DNA of 64,000 nt. Origin: Desulfobacteraceae bacterium (GTDB lineage Bacteria; Desulfobacterota; Desulfobacteria; Desulfobacterales; Desulfobacteraceae). This document shows positions 53,342 to 62,882 of this stretch, piece by piece. The translations under genes were made by a program, and so were the position numbers. The stretch lies in NCBI GenBank assembly GCA_016744295.1, contig JADGEQ010000007.1, positions 127,652 through 191,651 of the forward strand, in the 5' to 3' direction. How positions within the stretch are numbered: the stretch's first letter is position 1; the number at the start of each line of letters is the position of its first letter. The notes under the pieces are model-generated. The model was not told the DNA's origin. It made no database searches and saw only the letters and a list, made by a program, of their open reading frames with translations.

Positions 53342-54742
53342 TTACTTCATGTTGGTTGCCAGTCTTAAGATATCGGATGCAGATAAATCAATATCCCCAT
53401 AGCTTGTTTTATATGAGCATACACTTATACGCATAACGGATTTTCCCTCCCAATTAGCTCCTCCAAGCCAGCAGACACCAGACTTTTGGATGTCCTGGAT
53501 CAGCTTGTTTGTCAGGTCGTCAGTTTGGAATCGAACCAGTATTTGATTGAAAACCACCTCATTTAGAACTTCCAGACCCCCTTTTTTCAACAGGTCTGCA
53601 AAATATACCGCTTTTTGATACAGCTCCCACACAAGTTCGGACACGCCTGTCTTGCCCAAGCCCTTAAGGGTGGCCCACAGATCAATTGCTCTGGCTCTTC
53701 GTGACATTTCTGCCGTATAGAGCATATTGTCCCGATCCTCGCTCAAGATGATATAGGACCCGGCCATGTGCATGGAGTCGATGAGCATTTTTTTATGCCT
53801 GCACAGGATGATACCGGAATCATAGGGGGTGTTGAGTGTCTTATGTCCGTCAACAGACCAGGAATCTGCCAGTTGAACTCCACGGGTCAAATGATCAAAT
53901 GCTGGGTTAGCTGCCGCCCACAGACCAAAGGCACCATCCACATGGACATAGGCCCCAGACTCTTTGGCGTAGTTGCACAAAGATTCAAAATTGTCAAAAT
54001 TACCTGAATTTACATGTCCCGCCTGTAAAATTAGTAAGGTTTTATCATCCAGTTTCGGTAATTTTTCCGCCCGCATACGGCCCTGATCATCTGTTGGCAC
54101 TCTGATCGCACAATCAGAGCCAAGGCCGATAATGGATAAGGCCTTGTATACGGTGGAGTGGGCGCCCTCTCCTAATACAATTTTAATCGGGGGCGCATCA
54201 ACCAGCCCCTTTTTGAAAATGTCATATCCCATTTTTTGGAGCAGATAATTTCTTCCCGTTGTTAATCCGATGATGGTCGCGGTTGAGCTTCCGCTTACAT
54301 AGCCTGCCACCGTCTCTTTTGGAAGTCCCAATAAGTCGACAATCCACTTTTCGGTAACAGCTTCAATCTTTGAGGCGATAGGAGAGAGAACATGCATTGC
54401 CGGATTCTGATCCCAGGTGTCCGTGAGCCATTTGGATACCAGTGCCGAAGGCAAAATACCACCACAGACAAATCCAAAGTACCGACCCCCGGTTTGGGCA
54501 ACCGTAGCCGGGCTTCCATAATTGTGCAGTTGATCTATGATGTCTCGGGTTGACTGGGGATAATCCCCCAATGCTTCATCAAATAGTTTTAAGTCATCAA
54601 TGGCTTTTTTGGGTGGAAATACAGGCATGTCATCCACGGAATTCACATAATCCAGGGCGTACCCATGGACCAGTTCAAGGTCCTCTTCCAAACTTTTATT
54701 TCGAATTTTTTCTAAAATAGGGCTGGTATATTTATGGGGCAT
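53342..54742 (-). CDS. group II pyridoxal-phosphate-dependent decarboxylase (aromatic amino acid / DABA decarboxylase family)
   Basis: 466 aa with the PLP-lysine block SWSVDGHKTLNTPYDSG and HVDGAFG. Confidence 0.85.
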   Translation of the reverse strand: MPHKYTSPILEKIRNKSLEEDLELVHGYALDYVNSVDDMPVFPPKKAIDDLKLFDEALGDYPQSTRDIIDQLHNYGSPATVAQTGGRYFGFVCGGILPSALVSKWLTDTWDQNPAMHVLSPIASKIEAVTEKWIVDLLGLPKETVAGYVSGSSTATIIGLTTGRNYLLQKMGYDIFKKGLVDAPPIKIVLGEGAHSTVYKALSIIGLGSDCAIRVPTDDQGRMRAEKLPKLDDKTLLILQAGHVNSGNFDNFESLCNYAKESGAYVHVDGAFGLWAAANPAFDHLTRGVQLADSWSVDGHKTLNTPYDSGIILCRHKKMLIDSMHMAGSYIILSEDRDNMLYTAEMSRRARAIDLWATLKGLGKTGVSELVWELYQKAVYFADLLKKGGLEVLNEVVFNQILVRFQTDDLTNKLIQDIQKSGVCWLGGANWEGKSVMRISVCSYKTSYGDIDLSASDILRLATNMK

Positions 54743-54917
54743 TTCTCTGTCTCCTTATCAATCCAGTGGCTTTAAACTTGAAAAAATATAAAATACAATT
54801 AAACTATATAACCACATGATTTAAGAAACAATATCAATATTGTATGCAAGACAAAAAGAGGCGAAGATGATCGATTATTACGGCACCACCATCACCTGGG
54901 TTCCCATATAGGTGATT

Positions 54918-55935
54918 CAACCCTTCCCATCTACAAGCAAATTGCTCATTGTATTGAAAAAGATATCCAATAGGGTATTTTAAAAACCGGCTTCCGATTG
55001 CCCCCCCAGCGTATTATCGCCCAATACCTTAACATTAATCACAGCACCGTGACCAGGGCGTATAAAGGTTGTGAAGAAAAGGGGCTCATCAAGGGAATCA
55101 TAGGCAAGGGCACCTTTGTGAGCAGCACGGCCGGTATCCCTGAGGAGATATTGTCCCATTCATCCAACTCATTCATCGACATGGGCCTGACACTTCCGTT
55201 ATACGTGGCCATGTTTCAAAAGGCAGACCGTCTTCTGGCTGATCAATACACCTATACCGGGCTCAAAAGCCTGGCCAAGCTGTTGGGCATTATCCTGGTT
55301 CCCGTGGCAAGTGACTCAAAGGGGATTGATCTTAAGGATCTGGAACGTAGTTGCAGAAGGGAGAGTCCCAAGGGGATCTATCTGATTTCAGACTACCATA
55401 ACCCCACGGGAGTTGCACTTTCCATGGAAAAAAGGGAAAGGATCCGTGAGCTCATAAAAAAACAGCACTTCCAAGGCGCTTAATCCCAGCCTGAGGATTT
55501 CTTATCTTGACACGCCGGAAATCTATTTCAAAAGACTCAAAGTCAGCCTGAACCATTTAACGTGGATGGCCTCTCCCCTAACGGCTGAAATTTTCTCATT
55601 ATTCATCCGGACAGGTGCCTACGAATCCAATATTAAAGCAAAGTATCGCTGCTTGAAAGAGAGAAATGAGCTCTTTGATCGGCTCGTGACCCAATTTGGG
55701 GCCTCAGCCTTCCGTTAGAGGTGTATTCAGGTATCTGACCCTGCCCAGTCATTGGAATGATCTTGTGATTGAATATCTCGGACTTGAAAAAGGAATTCAG
55801 GTGTTTTCCTCCCATCGCTTTTCCGTGGGAACAGAGTCCCACAGCCCTGGGCTCAGAATTTCCATCAGCGCTCCGCAAACCATTGAGGAATTGGAAAAAG
55901 GGCTTATGATTCTTATGGATGTGCTTGGATCATAG
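54918..55935 (+). pseudogene. MocR/GabR-type (GntR HTH + aminotransferase-fold) regulator, decayed
   Basis: The HTH part reads DSTLPIYKQIAHCIEKDIQ*GILKTGFRLPPQRIIAQYLNINHSTVTRAYKGCEEKGLIKGIIGKGTFV, with an in-frame TAG at 54971-73. The aminotransferase part has an internal deletion and spans at least 3 frames (...ISDYHNPTGVALSMEKRE.../...LNPSLRISYLDTP.../...GLRISISAPQTIEELEKGL). Total span is ~345 codons versus ~470 expected. Confidence 0.6.
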
Positions 55936-56366
55936 GAGCGAGACTCGCATATCATCGTTTAATAAATATGCATATTTTCTTAAATAGCTTAATTTCATCA
56001 CCTCTGATCTGTAAAAACTGCTGGCCAGATATCGAATCAATGAATTGAGGATAGAATTTAATTTATCTTCCAAAAAAAGCCCGAACTATAGCGGGAAAAA
56101 CAAACACTGATTCTGATAAAATCATGGCTAATGTTTTCTATCTGACAAATCCGGAAATTCGTGATCCCAAAAAAAACACCGTAAAAACTGATATCAATAA
56201 AATTGTCCTGAAAACCTCTATGAGAATTAATCCCTTTCTGACCCAGCTGAACAAAAAATACGCGTTAATCGGATGAACCTCTTTTTGTCTATCGATATCT
56301 TCTCTACAACATCAGGGTCATCATTTTTTTTGCTGAATAGTTGGGAGTCGATCATCAAAAAATGCC

Positions 56367-56413
56367 TTGACTTACTGACCAACAGTCATTAGATTAATGA
56401 CTGTTGGTCAGTA
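56367..56413. promoter_or_regulatory. TetR promoter overlapped by a perfect 19-bp inverted repeat (operator)
   Basis: TTGACT (56367-72), 17-nt spacer, TAGATT (56390-95). The inverted repeat is TACTGACCAACAGTCATTA (56373-91), gat, TAATGACTGTTGGTCAGTA (56395-56413). Confidence 0.6.
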
Positions 56414-56429
56414 TAGCATAAAAATACAA

Positions 56430-57062
56430 ATGGAAAAAAAAATGAAAAAAAAACAAAAGAACGAGAGCGCGAGCCAAAAGCGCCGCAGACTGAGCCCAGA
56501 AGCCCGCCGAATTGAGCTGTTGGAGGCCGCTATAAAAATGCTGAACAAACTGGGTCCCACCCATGCGCGTGTGGAAGATATCACCAGGGCCGCGGGAGCG
56601 GCAAAGGGAACCTTTTATCTCTATTTCCCGTCTTGGGAGGACATGCTGGCTGCGGTCCGAGAGCACATCCTCACCAAATACGTGGCCGAGATACGAAAGA
56701 GATTTACCTGCCCAACATCTTTGGACTGGTGGCCCGCCTTTTCAAACGAGTGCGTGGAATTCATCCATTTTCACGAAGATCTCGGAAAACTGCACGAGGC
56801 CATTTTCCATGGAGTAATTGCGGAACGTCCCATCGACCCCGCCCTATCCACCGGAACAATTTTGGGATGGATGCTGAAGAAAGGAATCGAAATTGGCGCG
56901 TGCCGTAACCTTGATGTCGACGTGGCGGCCCAGCTTGTTTTCTCGGTGATGCACACCATGGCAGATAATATTATCCGGACCAAAGAACGTGAACCCTATC
57001 TCAACACCACGCTTGATCTGCTGCGATCCTGGCTTTGCGTTCCTAGGCCAAAGACCAGATAA
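56430..57062 (+). CDS. TetR/AcrR-family transcriptional regulator
   Basis: The track ORF starts at 56397, inside the operator palindrome. ATG 56430 (MEKKMKKKQKNES...) is more plausible. HTH block: RRIELLEAAIKMLNKLGPTHARVEDITRAAGAAKGTFYLYF. Confidence 0.85.
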   Translation: MEKKMKKKQKNESASQKRRRLSPEARRIELLEAAIKMLNKLGPTHARVEDITRAAGAAKGTFYLYFPSWEDMLAAVREHILTKYVAEIRKRFTCPTSLDWWPAFSNECVEFIHFHEDLGKLHEAIFHGVIAERPIDPALSTGTILGWMLKKGIEIGACRNLDVDVAAQLVFSVMHTMADNIIRTKEREPYLNTTLDLLRSWLCVPRPKTR

Positions 57063-57096
57063 CCGAAAGTAATTTTCAATAATAGAGACATGAAAA

Positions 57097-57228
57097 ATGA
57101 TTGAACAAGCAGAGTTGACATGGGTGCCGGAAATCAATTCGAAACCTTGCAAGGGCTGCGGCAGTTGTATTGAATTCTGCCCAGAGCATGCCATACGCAA
57201 AAAAAACATAGACCCTGAGGTGTGCTAA
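57097..57228 (+). pseudogene. 4Fe-4S ferredoxin stub (43 codons, only one complete cluster motif)
   Basis: My translation is MIEQAELTWVPEINSKPCKGCGSCIEFCPEHAIRKKNIDPEVC*. It has one CxxCxxCxxxCP motif and stops exactly where a second motif would begin. There is no convincing RBS. Confidence 0.35.
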
Positions 57229-57257
57229 AAGGTTCAGGGATAAGGAGAATCAAACAG

Positions 57258-58814
57258 ATGAGCAAAGAAGAAATAATAATGACAAAAGAAATGGAAAAGA
57301 CATATTCACGGAGGTGGCTCGCTTTTTCAGTGTTGGCCTTAACTGTCCTGATCGTTGTGCTGGACCATATGGTACTTAATGTTGCCCTGCCGACATTGCA
57401 GCGTGAATTGAGAGCGACGCTTCCTCAGTTGCAGTGGATAGTCGATGCCTATATTCTGGCTTTCGCTTCCTTGCTGATGACCATGGGAGCCCTTGGCGAC
57501 CGCATTGGCCATACGACCATGCTCCGGGCCGGGATGTCGGTCTTTGGTCTGGCAAGTTTAATCGGGGCATTTTCCGGTTCCGCGTGGCAGCTGACGGTGG
57601 CGCGGGCCCTTATGGGCGTGGGTGGCGCCATGGTCGTTCCTTGCACCCTGGCGCTTATTTCTATCATCTTTCCTCCCCAGGAAAGGGGCAAAGCCATTGG
57701 CCTGTGGGGAGCAATGAACGGTCTTGGTGTAGTGCTCGGTCCGCTGCTTGGCGGTTTGCTGCTTGAACATTTCAACTGGAGCTCCATATTTTTTATAAAT
57801 ATCCCCATCGTCATCGTTTCGCTGGCGGCTGGAATGTTTTTACTCCCCAAAACCAGCCCTCGGGTCCGGCGACGCATTGACCTGCCCGGAACTGCGTTTT
57901 CGGCGGCAGCTGTTTTTTTGCTGGTTTTCAGTATTATCAAGGCAAATGAAGTGGGCTGGGCGAGTCCCCTGGTTTATGTAAGTTTTGTGTCGTCTTTTCT
58001 GTTCGGTTTTCTGTTTATTCTCCATGAGAAAAACACCGACGCCCCCATGCTGGATCTTACTCTGTTTAAAACCCCTGCTTTAACGGCCGGCAGCGGCAGT
58101 CTTGCTATGATGACCTTTACCATGTATGGGGTTTTGTTTGCGCTAACCTTGTACTTGCAGTTTGTTAAAAGCTACTCGCCCATGGAAACCGGTCTTTGTT
58201 TTCTTCCGGTGGCTGTCGGCTACGCCCTGGGCAATATTTCCAGTTCAGGGAATGTCACTCGCTGGGGCACAAAAGCCGTTATCTCCGCGGCCTTTGCGGG
58301 CACTGCACTGGCAGTTTTGCTCATCGCTTTCTGGAAAGTTTCAACACCTTTCTGGCTTATCGGCCTGAATCTAGGCTTCATGAGTTTTTGCCACGGAAAC
58401 ATCATGGCGCCCTCGCTTAATTCCGTACTGGGATCGCTGCCTAAAGAGAGAGCTGGGGTAGGTTCCGCCATCGGTAACATCTCCTTTCAGGTGGGGGGCG
58501 CTTTAGGTGTGGCGGTTCTGGGTTCAGTGCTTGGCGGTATCTACCGCCTGGGAATAGACGATGTGCTTATGGCGGCCGTTGGCTTCCCAACACAAGTGAT
58601 TGAAGGGGCCAGAGAATCCCTAGGTGCGGCGGTTATCCTGGCCGGCGGGTTACCGGTGGAAATTGGACAAAAGTTGTTAGAACTGTCCCGACAAAGCTTT
58701 ATGGATGCCTGGCTGACAGCCTTCCCGATTGTTTGCATGGTTGGCGTAATAGGCCTGGTTTTTGTCCTGAAATTCATGTCACCGCATGTTTATTGCGTTA
58801 CAAAAACAAAATAG
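57258..58814 (+). CDS. MFS drug/H+ antiporter, DHA2 (EmrB/QacA, 14-TMS) family
   Basis: The track ORF starts at 57222. ATG 57258 sits 10 nt after AAGGAG. Typical LDHMVLNVALPTL, MGALGDRIGH and WRWIFFINIP-like (NWSSIFFINIP) blocks are present. Confidence 0.9.
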   Translation: MSKEEIIMTKEMEKTYSRRWLAFSVLALTVLIVVLDHMVLNVALPTLQRELRATLPQLQWIVDAYILAFASLLMTMGALGDRIGHTTMLRAGMSVFGLASLIGAFSGSAWQLTVARALMGVGGAMVVPCTLALISIIFPPQERGKAIGLWGAMNGLGVVLGPLLGGLLLEHFNWSSIFFINIPIVIVSLAAGMFLLPKTSPRVRRRIDLPGTAFSAAAVFLLVFSIIKANEVGWASPLVYVSFVSSFLFGFLFILHEKNTDAPMLDLTLFKTPALTAGSGSLAMMTFTMYGVLFALTLYLQFVKSYSPMETGLCFLPVAVGYALGNISSSGNVTRWGTKAVISAAFAGTALAVLLIAFWKVSTPFWLIGLNLGFMSFCHGNIMAPSLNSVLGSLPKERAGVGSAIGNISFQVGGALGVAVLGSVLGGIYRLGIDDVLMAAVGFPTQVIEGARESLGAAVILAGGLPVEIGQKLLELSRQSFMDAWLTAFPIVCMVGVIGLVFVLKFMSPHVYCVTKTK

Positions 58815-58891
58815 CTCTGGCAAAAACAGATCAGATATGACTTTTCAGTTTTACGACCCCATGCAGGGTAATGCCTCGCTGATTCAAAAGT

Positions 58892-58908
58892 GGGGGGGGG
58901 GGGGGGGC
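58892..58908. repeat. G17 homopolymer
   Basis: Direct count from the sequence: 9 G at 58892-58900 plus 8 G at 58901-58908. Confidence 0.95.
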
Positions 58909-59087
58909 CGGTATCTGGAAAATGGACGAAACAGCCTCGATCACTGCCAAGCTGATTCCCATGCTGGAGAACCTTCCCCAGGTTAGGGCCATCAGCTTCG
59001 GAACGTGCCGATTCAGGTGATCTGATCGGAACAGCCCCTTACGGGTTTGAAAGCCAGGACAAATGCCAGCTTCATTTCAGGAACCGA

Positions 59088-59429
59088 ATGAATCCGCATA
59101 TTGGCCTGGAGTTCACCAAGTACATCCATCTTTCCATTGGCACCATTGACGGTCACACAATGATGGTGATCGAGTGTGAGCGAGCAGATGCCCTGATTTT
59201 TCTGATCAGCAAAAAAGACGAATCGTTTTATGTGGGCAGCGGCCCCTCCAGCCTGAGCCTCAGCATGCGGCAAATGCTCAGATACCAGAAATCCAGAACA
59301 TTAGATTGCTGTCTGGATGATGGATATTTGGAAGCCCGCCCGGGGCAGAAGATTTTCTTGCCATTTTTAATAAAAACATTTACAGTCCTTCGCTTGTTGC
59401 ATAAGGTGCCTGATCAAAAAATCACGTAA
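59088..59429 (+). pseudogene. possible remnant of an AlbA_2 (Schlafen-type DNA-binding) domain protein
   Basis: IGLEFTKY...TMMVIECERADALIFLISKKDESFYVGSGPSSLSLS resembles the LEFK ... FYVR.GSST pattern of AlbA_2 domains. The usual C-terminal ATPase part is absent, and the tail is low quality. Confidence 0.3.
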
Positions 59430-59479
59430 CTTAAATAGCTCAAAGATTTATTTTTAAAATTAAAGGAAATTATTTTATT

Positions 59480-60217
59480 ATGTTAAAAAAATGCTTAATG
59501 ATTGTTCTGACCTTGCTCATGTTCGTACCCAGTGCATTTTCTCAAACCGTTATCACCGTTGCCTCTGACGCCACATGGCCCCCAATGGAGTATATCAACA
59601 AAGATAAAGCCATCACAGGCTTCACGCCTGAACTGCTGGCTGCCATGGAAAAAGTGAGCGACATTAAATTTAACATCCGGAACACAGCCTGGGACGGCAT
59701 TTTTGCAGGTCTTGCTGCCGGTAAATTCGACATGATTGCATCCTCTGTTTCCATTACCGACGTCCGTAAAAAAGTGATGAATTTCAGTGATCCTTATTTT
59801 GAAGTTAAACAAGGGGTTATCACTAAAAAAACAGCGAACATCAAATCCAAGGCAGATTTAAAAGGCAAAAAAGCCGGTGCTCAGATCGGCACCACAGGCT
59901 TTTTGGTGACAAGAAAGATTAAGGGTGTCACCATGAAATCCTACGATGAAATCGGCCTTGCCGTGGAAGATTTATATAACGGACGTACAGATGCCGTTGT
60001 GTGCGATGATGCTGTTGCAGCGGATTATGCCCTTACAAACAAACAATATTCCAAAAAGTTGACCCTTGCCTTTCTGCTAAAGTCCGACAAACCTGAATAT
60101 TTGGGTTTTGCTTTCAAAAAAGGAAAATCCCAGGACAAACAAAAACTTGTTAACGAGGCCCTGGCAAAAGTAAAAGCATCAGGTGAATACGATAGAATTT
60201 TTAAAAAATGGTTCTAA
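59480..60217 (+). CDS. amino-acid ABC transporter substrate-binding protein (PBP type 3)
   Basis: 245 aa with a signal peptide, then ITVASDATWPPMEY, WDGIFAGLAAGKFDMIASSVSIT and SDPYF. Confidence 0.85.
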   Translation: MLKKCLMIVLTLLMFVPSAFSQTVITVASDATWPPMEYINKDKAITGFTPELLAAMEKVSDIKFNIRNTAWDGIFAGLAAGKFDMIASSVSITDVRKKVMNFSDPYFEVKQGVITKKTANIKSKADLKGKKAGAQIGTTGFLVTRKIKGVTMKSYDEIGLAVEDLYNGRTDAVVCDDAVAADYALTNKQYSKKLTLAFLLKSDKPEYLGFAFKKGKSQDKQKLVNEALAKVKASGEYDRIFKKWF

Positions 60218-60235
60218 TTTATTAAATTTTTTATA

Positions 60236-60271
60236 AAATCCCTGGCAAATCCTTTGATTTGCCAGGGATTT
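60236..60271 (+). promoter_or_regulatory. perfect 15-bp intercistronic hairpin between the binding-protein and permease genes
   Basis: AAATCCCTGGCAAAT (60236-50), loop CCTTTG, ATTTGCCAGGGATTT (60257-71), followed by TGAATTTG (weak T-tract). Confidence 0.5.
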
Positions 60272-60327
60272 TGAATTTGTCAGCAAGAAAATTTAGATAA
60301 TGATTTTGAATTATTGGAGTAGCCAAT

Positions 60328-61125
60328 ATGGCAGACAAGAACCATCCCATTAATATAGAAGTAGGCGACGGTGCCGCCATTCCTGTAAAAAAGGACAAAG
60401 GCCTGGTAAATGCCTGGTCCATATCCTTTGTTGGCGCCATTGGCTGTATTTTATATTTGTGCCTAAGCGATCCAGACATGTATTGGGAAGTATTAAAATT
60501 TTTACCAGATGGTATACTGGTCACCTTTCAGGTCACCGTTGCTTCCATTTTTCTGTCTTTGTTTATAGGCCTTTTTACAGGTCTGGGACGTATATCAGAC
60601 AACAAAATAATAAATACCATTGCATCAACCTATGTTGAGGTTGTGCGGGGTATTCCTTTGTTGGTCCAACTCTTTTACATTTATTACGCCCTGGGACGAT
60701 TTGAATTCCTGCAGATCTCAGAACTGCCATCGGCCATCATTGCCATGGGAGTCTGTTATGGTGCGTACATGGGAGAAGTCTTCAGAGCCGGCATTATGTC
60801 CATTGACAAAGGCCAGGGCGAAGCAGCCCGGTCTCTTGGGTTTAACAAAATCCAAACCATGTTCATGGTTATTCTGCCCCAGTCATGGAAAACCATTCTC
60901 CCGCCTGTGGGCAATGAATTTATCGCCCTGTTAAAAGACAGCTCCCTGGTTTCCATACTTGCGGTTGCCGATATATTAAGACGCGGGCGCGAATTTGCCA
61001 GCGTTACCTTTAGTTATTTTGAAGCCTATACCATGGTTGCGCTGGTATATCTTGTGATCACTCTTATTTTATCCAAAGCGGTAAGCAAAATGGAAGAAAG
61101 GTTAAATTATTATGACGGACACTAA
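60328..61125 (+). CDS. amino-acid ABC transporter permease (His/Glu/Gln/Arg/opine family)
   Basis: 265 aa: [40 protein letters not shown]. Confidence 0.85.
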   Translation: MADKNHPINIEVGDGAAIPVKKDKGLVNAWSISFVGAIGCILYLCLSDPDMYWEVLKFLPDGILVTFQVTVASIFLSLFIGLFTGLGRISDNKIINTIASTYVEVVRGIPLLVQLFYIYYALGRFEFLQISELPSAIIAMGVCYGAYMGEVFRAGIMSIDKGQGEAARSLGFNKIQTMFMVILPQSWKTILPPVGNEFIALLKDSSLVSILAVADILRRGREFASVTFSYFEAYTMVALVYLVITLILSKAVSKMEERLNYYDGH

Positions 61126-61852
61126 TTCCATTATTCAAATAAAAGACGTTTATAAATATTTTGGTAATTTATGCGCTTTGAATAAAATCAATCTTGAAAT
61201 CAACCCGGGCGAAAAAGTGGTTGTGATCGGCCCTTCCGGATCCGGCAAATCAACCATACTCCGTTCCATTAACCGGCTGGAGGAAATCGACAAGGGACAG
61301 ATTATCATAGACGGGCAGGATATCAATGACAAAAGCAACGATATCAATGCCATTCGCCAGGAACTGGGAATGGTCTTTCAAAGCTTTAATCTCTTCCCCC
61401 ACAAAACAGTGCTGGGAAACCTTACCATGGCGCCTATGAAACTCAAGAAACTCTCAAAGCATGAAGCTGAAAAAGTTGCCATGGAGCTGTTGCACAAAGT
61501 TGGTATCAGTGAAAAAGCACATGTATACCCCAAAATGCTGTCCGGTGGCCAGCAGCAGCGGGTGGCCATTGCCAGGGCCCTGGCCATGAACCCTAAAATC
61601 ATGCTCTTTGACGAACCCACCTCCGCCCTTGACCCGGAAATGATCGGTGAAGTACTGGATGTCATGGTAAATCTTGCCAAAGAAGGGATGACCATGGTGT
61701 GTGTAACCCATGAAATGGGTTTTGCAAGGGAGGTTGCCGATAAAGTGATCTTTATGGACAAAGGTAAAATCATTGAAACCGGAACGCCGGAACACTTTTT
61801 CAGCGCTCCGGAACATGACAGGACCAAACTGTTTTTATCTCAGATATTATAA
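61112..61852 (+). CDS. amino-acid ABC transporter ATP-binding protein (GlnQ-like)
   Basis: Walker [38 protein letters not shown]. Confidence 0.9.
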   Translation: MTDTNSIIQIKDVYKYFGNLCALNKINLEINPGEKVVVIGPSGSGKSTILRSINRLEEIDKGQIIIDGQDINDKSNDINAIRQELGMVFQSFNLFPHKTVLGNLTMAPMKLKKLSKHEAEKVAMELLHKVGISEKAHVYPKMLSGGQQQRVAIARALAMNPKIMLFDEPTSALDPEMIGEVLDVMVNLAKEGMTMVCVTHEMGFAREVADKVIFMDKGKIIETGTPEHFFSAPEHDRTKLFLSQIL

Positions 61853-61986
61853 TACAGGCCAGGAATTTTAAAAAGGACAATCCCATCAACAATAGTTGCG
61901 GGTAGCCTATCCTGTAAACAAAAATAAAAAAGAGGACAGCGGTTTTAATGGGAGTCGATGGCTTAACCATTTGCCCAAATAATATT

Positions 61987-62023
61987 AAAGGACCGTTGGC
62001 TTTATGTCAGCGGTCCTTTTATT
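61987..62023 (+). terminator. intrinsic terminator after the amino-acid ABC operon
   Basis: AAAGGACCG (61987-95), 15-nt loop, CGGTCCTTT (62011-19), then TATT. Confidence 0.5.
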
Positions 62024-62189
62024 AGGGATGTTTTTTTTAAAGGTACAAACATAGAGAATTACCGACGCCTGCTTGTGACCACCCACTTCACCAAAATTGC
62101 AAAAGACAAGAAAGGTATCCAATAACCTGCCAACCATGACCGGTTTGCAGGGGCCCTAGCGCTGAATTAAAACCCTCCATCAAAAGCCC

Positions 62190-62218
62190 TTGCATATTTC
62201 CCATACCACTGATATTAT
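62190..62218 (+). promoter_or_regulatory. possible sigma70 promoter of the XRE-cupin regulator
   Basis: TTGCAT (62190-95), 17-nt spacer, TATTAT (62213-18). Confidence 0.45.
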
Positions 62219-62271
62219 TCATCTTTTATTTTTTGACATCACCAAACAAAGTTTAATAGAGGTAAAAATAC

Positions 62272-62832
62272 GTGGACAAAGAAAATCCTGTTTATAAAGA
62301 GATTGCATACAGGCTGAGGGGACTTCGGGATGCATTGGGAATCTCCCAAGAAGAGATGGCTGAAAAACTGGATATGACAATTGCAAGCGTCATGGAATTT
62401 GAATCAGGAGAGATTGATATTCCGGTGAGTTATCTTTTTTCCGTGGCCAAAACATTTGATATGGACCCAACCGTACTCATGTCCGGCGGCGAATCCCATC
62501 TCCAAAACTACTCTTTGGTAAAAAAAAACAAGGCCATGGCTGTAGACCGGCGTAAAGACTATGACTACCACAGCCTGGCCTACCGGTTTGCTGGACGGAA
62601 AATGGAGCCGTTCTGGGTGACTGTCCCCCCCAAAGAAGAGAGTGAAATGACCTTTAACGATCATCCCGGCCAGGAGTTTATCCATATGCTGGAAGGCCGG
62701 CTTGAGGTGATTCTCGGCACCCGAAAAATCATCATGGAATCCGGTGACAGCCTCTATTTTGACTCCCATATTCCCCATGCCATGCGCAGCCTTGACAGTA
62801 AAAACGCCAAATTTCTGGATGTTCTGTCCTAG
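62272..62832 (+). CDS. XRE-family HTH + cupin domain transcriptional regulator (GTG start)
   Basis: 186 aa: HTH_3 (IAYRLRGLRDALGISQEEMAEKLDMTIASVMEFESGE) and a C-terminal cupin (HPGQEFIHMLEGRLEV...GDSLYFDSHIPH). Confidence 0.8.
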   Translation: MDKENPVYKEIAYRLRGLRDALGISQEEMAEKLDMTIASVMEFESGEIDIPVSYLFSVAKTFDMDPTVLMSGGESHLQNYSLVKKNKAMAVDRRKDYDYHSLAYRFAGRKMEPFWVTVPPKEESEMTFNDHPGQEFIHMLEGRLEVILGTRKIIMESGDSLYFDSHIPHAMRSLDSKNAKFLDVLS

Positions 62833-62882
62833 CCCCTATTCCCAGACAAAATAATAACGACCAGATACCGGAGCAACAGCCC

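Noticed and set aside
54971-54973. The in-frame TAG in the MocR-like gene as a possible pyrrolysine codon
   Set aside because: The same gene also carries a large internal deletion and several frameshifts, so it is a pseudogene. There are no pyl genes or methylamine methyltransferase context in the window.
56124-56276. 50-codon ORF (MANVFYLTNPEIRDPKKNTVKTDINKIVLKTSMRINPFLTQLNKKYALIG) in the 460-nt gap before tetR
   Set aside because: There is no RBS and no recognisable family, and it sits in AT-rich, apparently decayed sequence. I cannot support it as a gene without conservation data.
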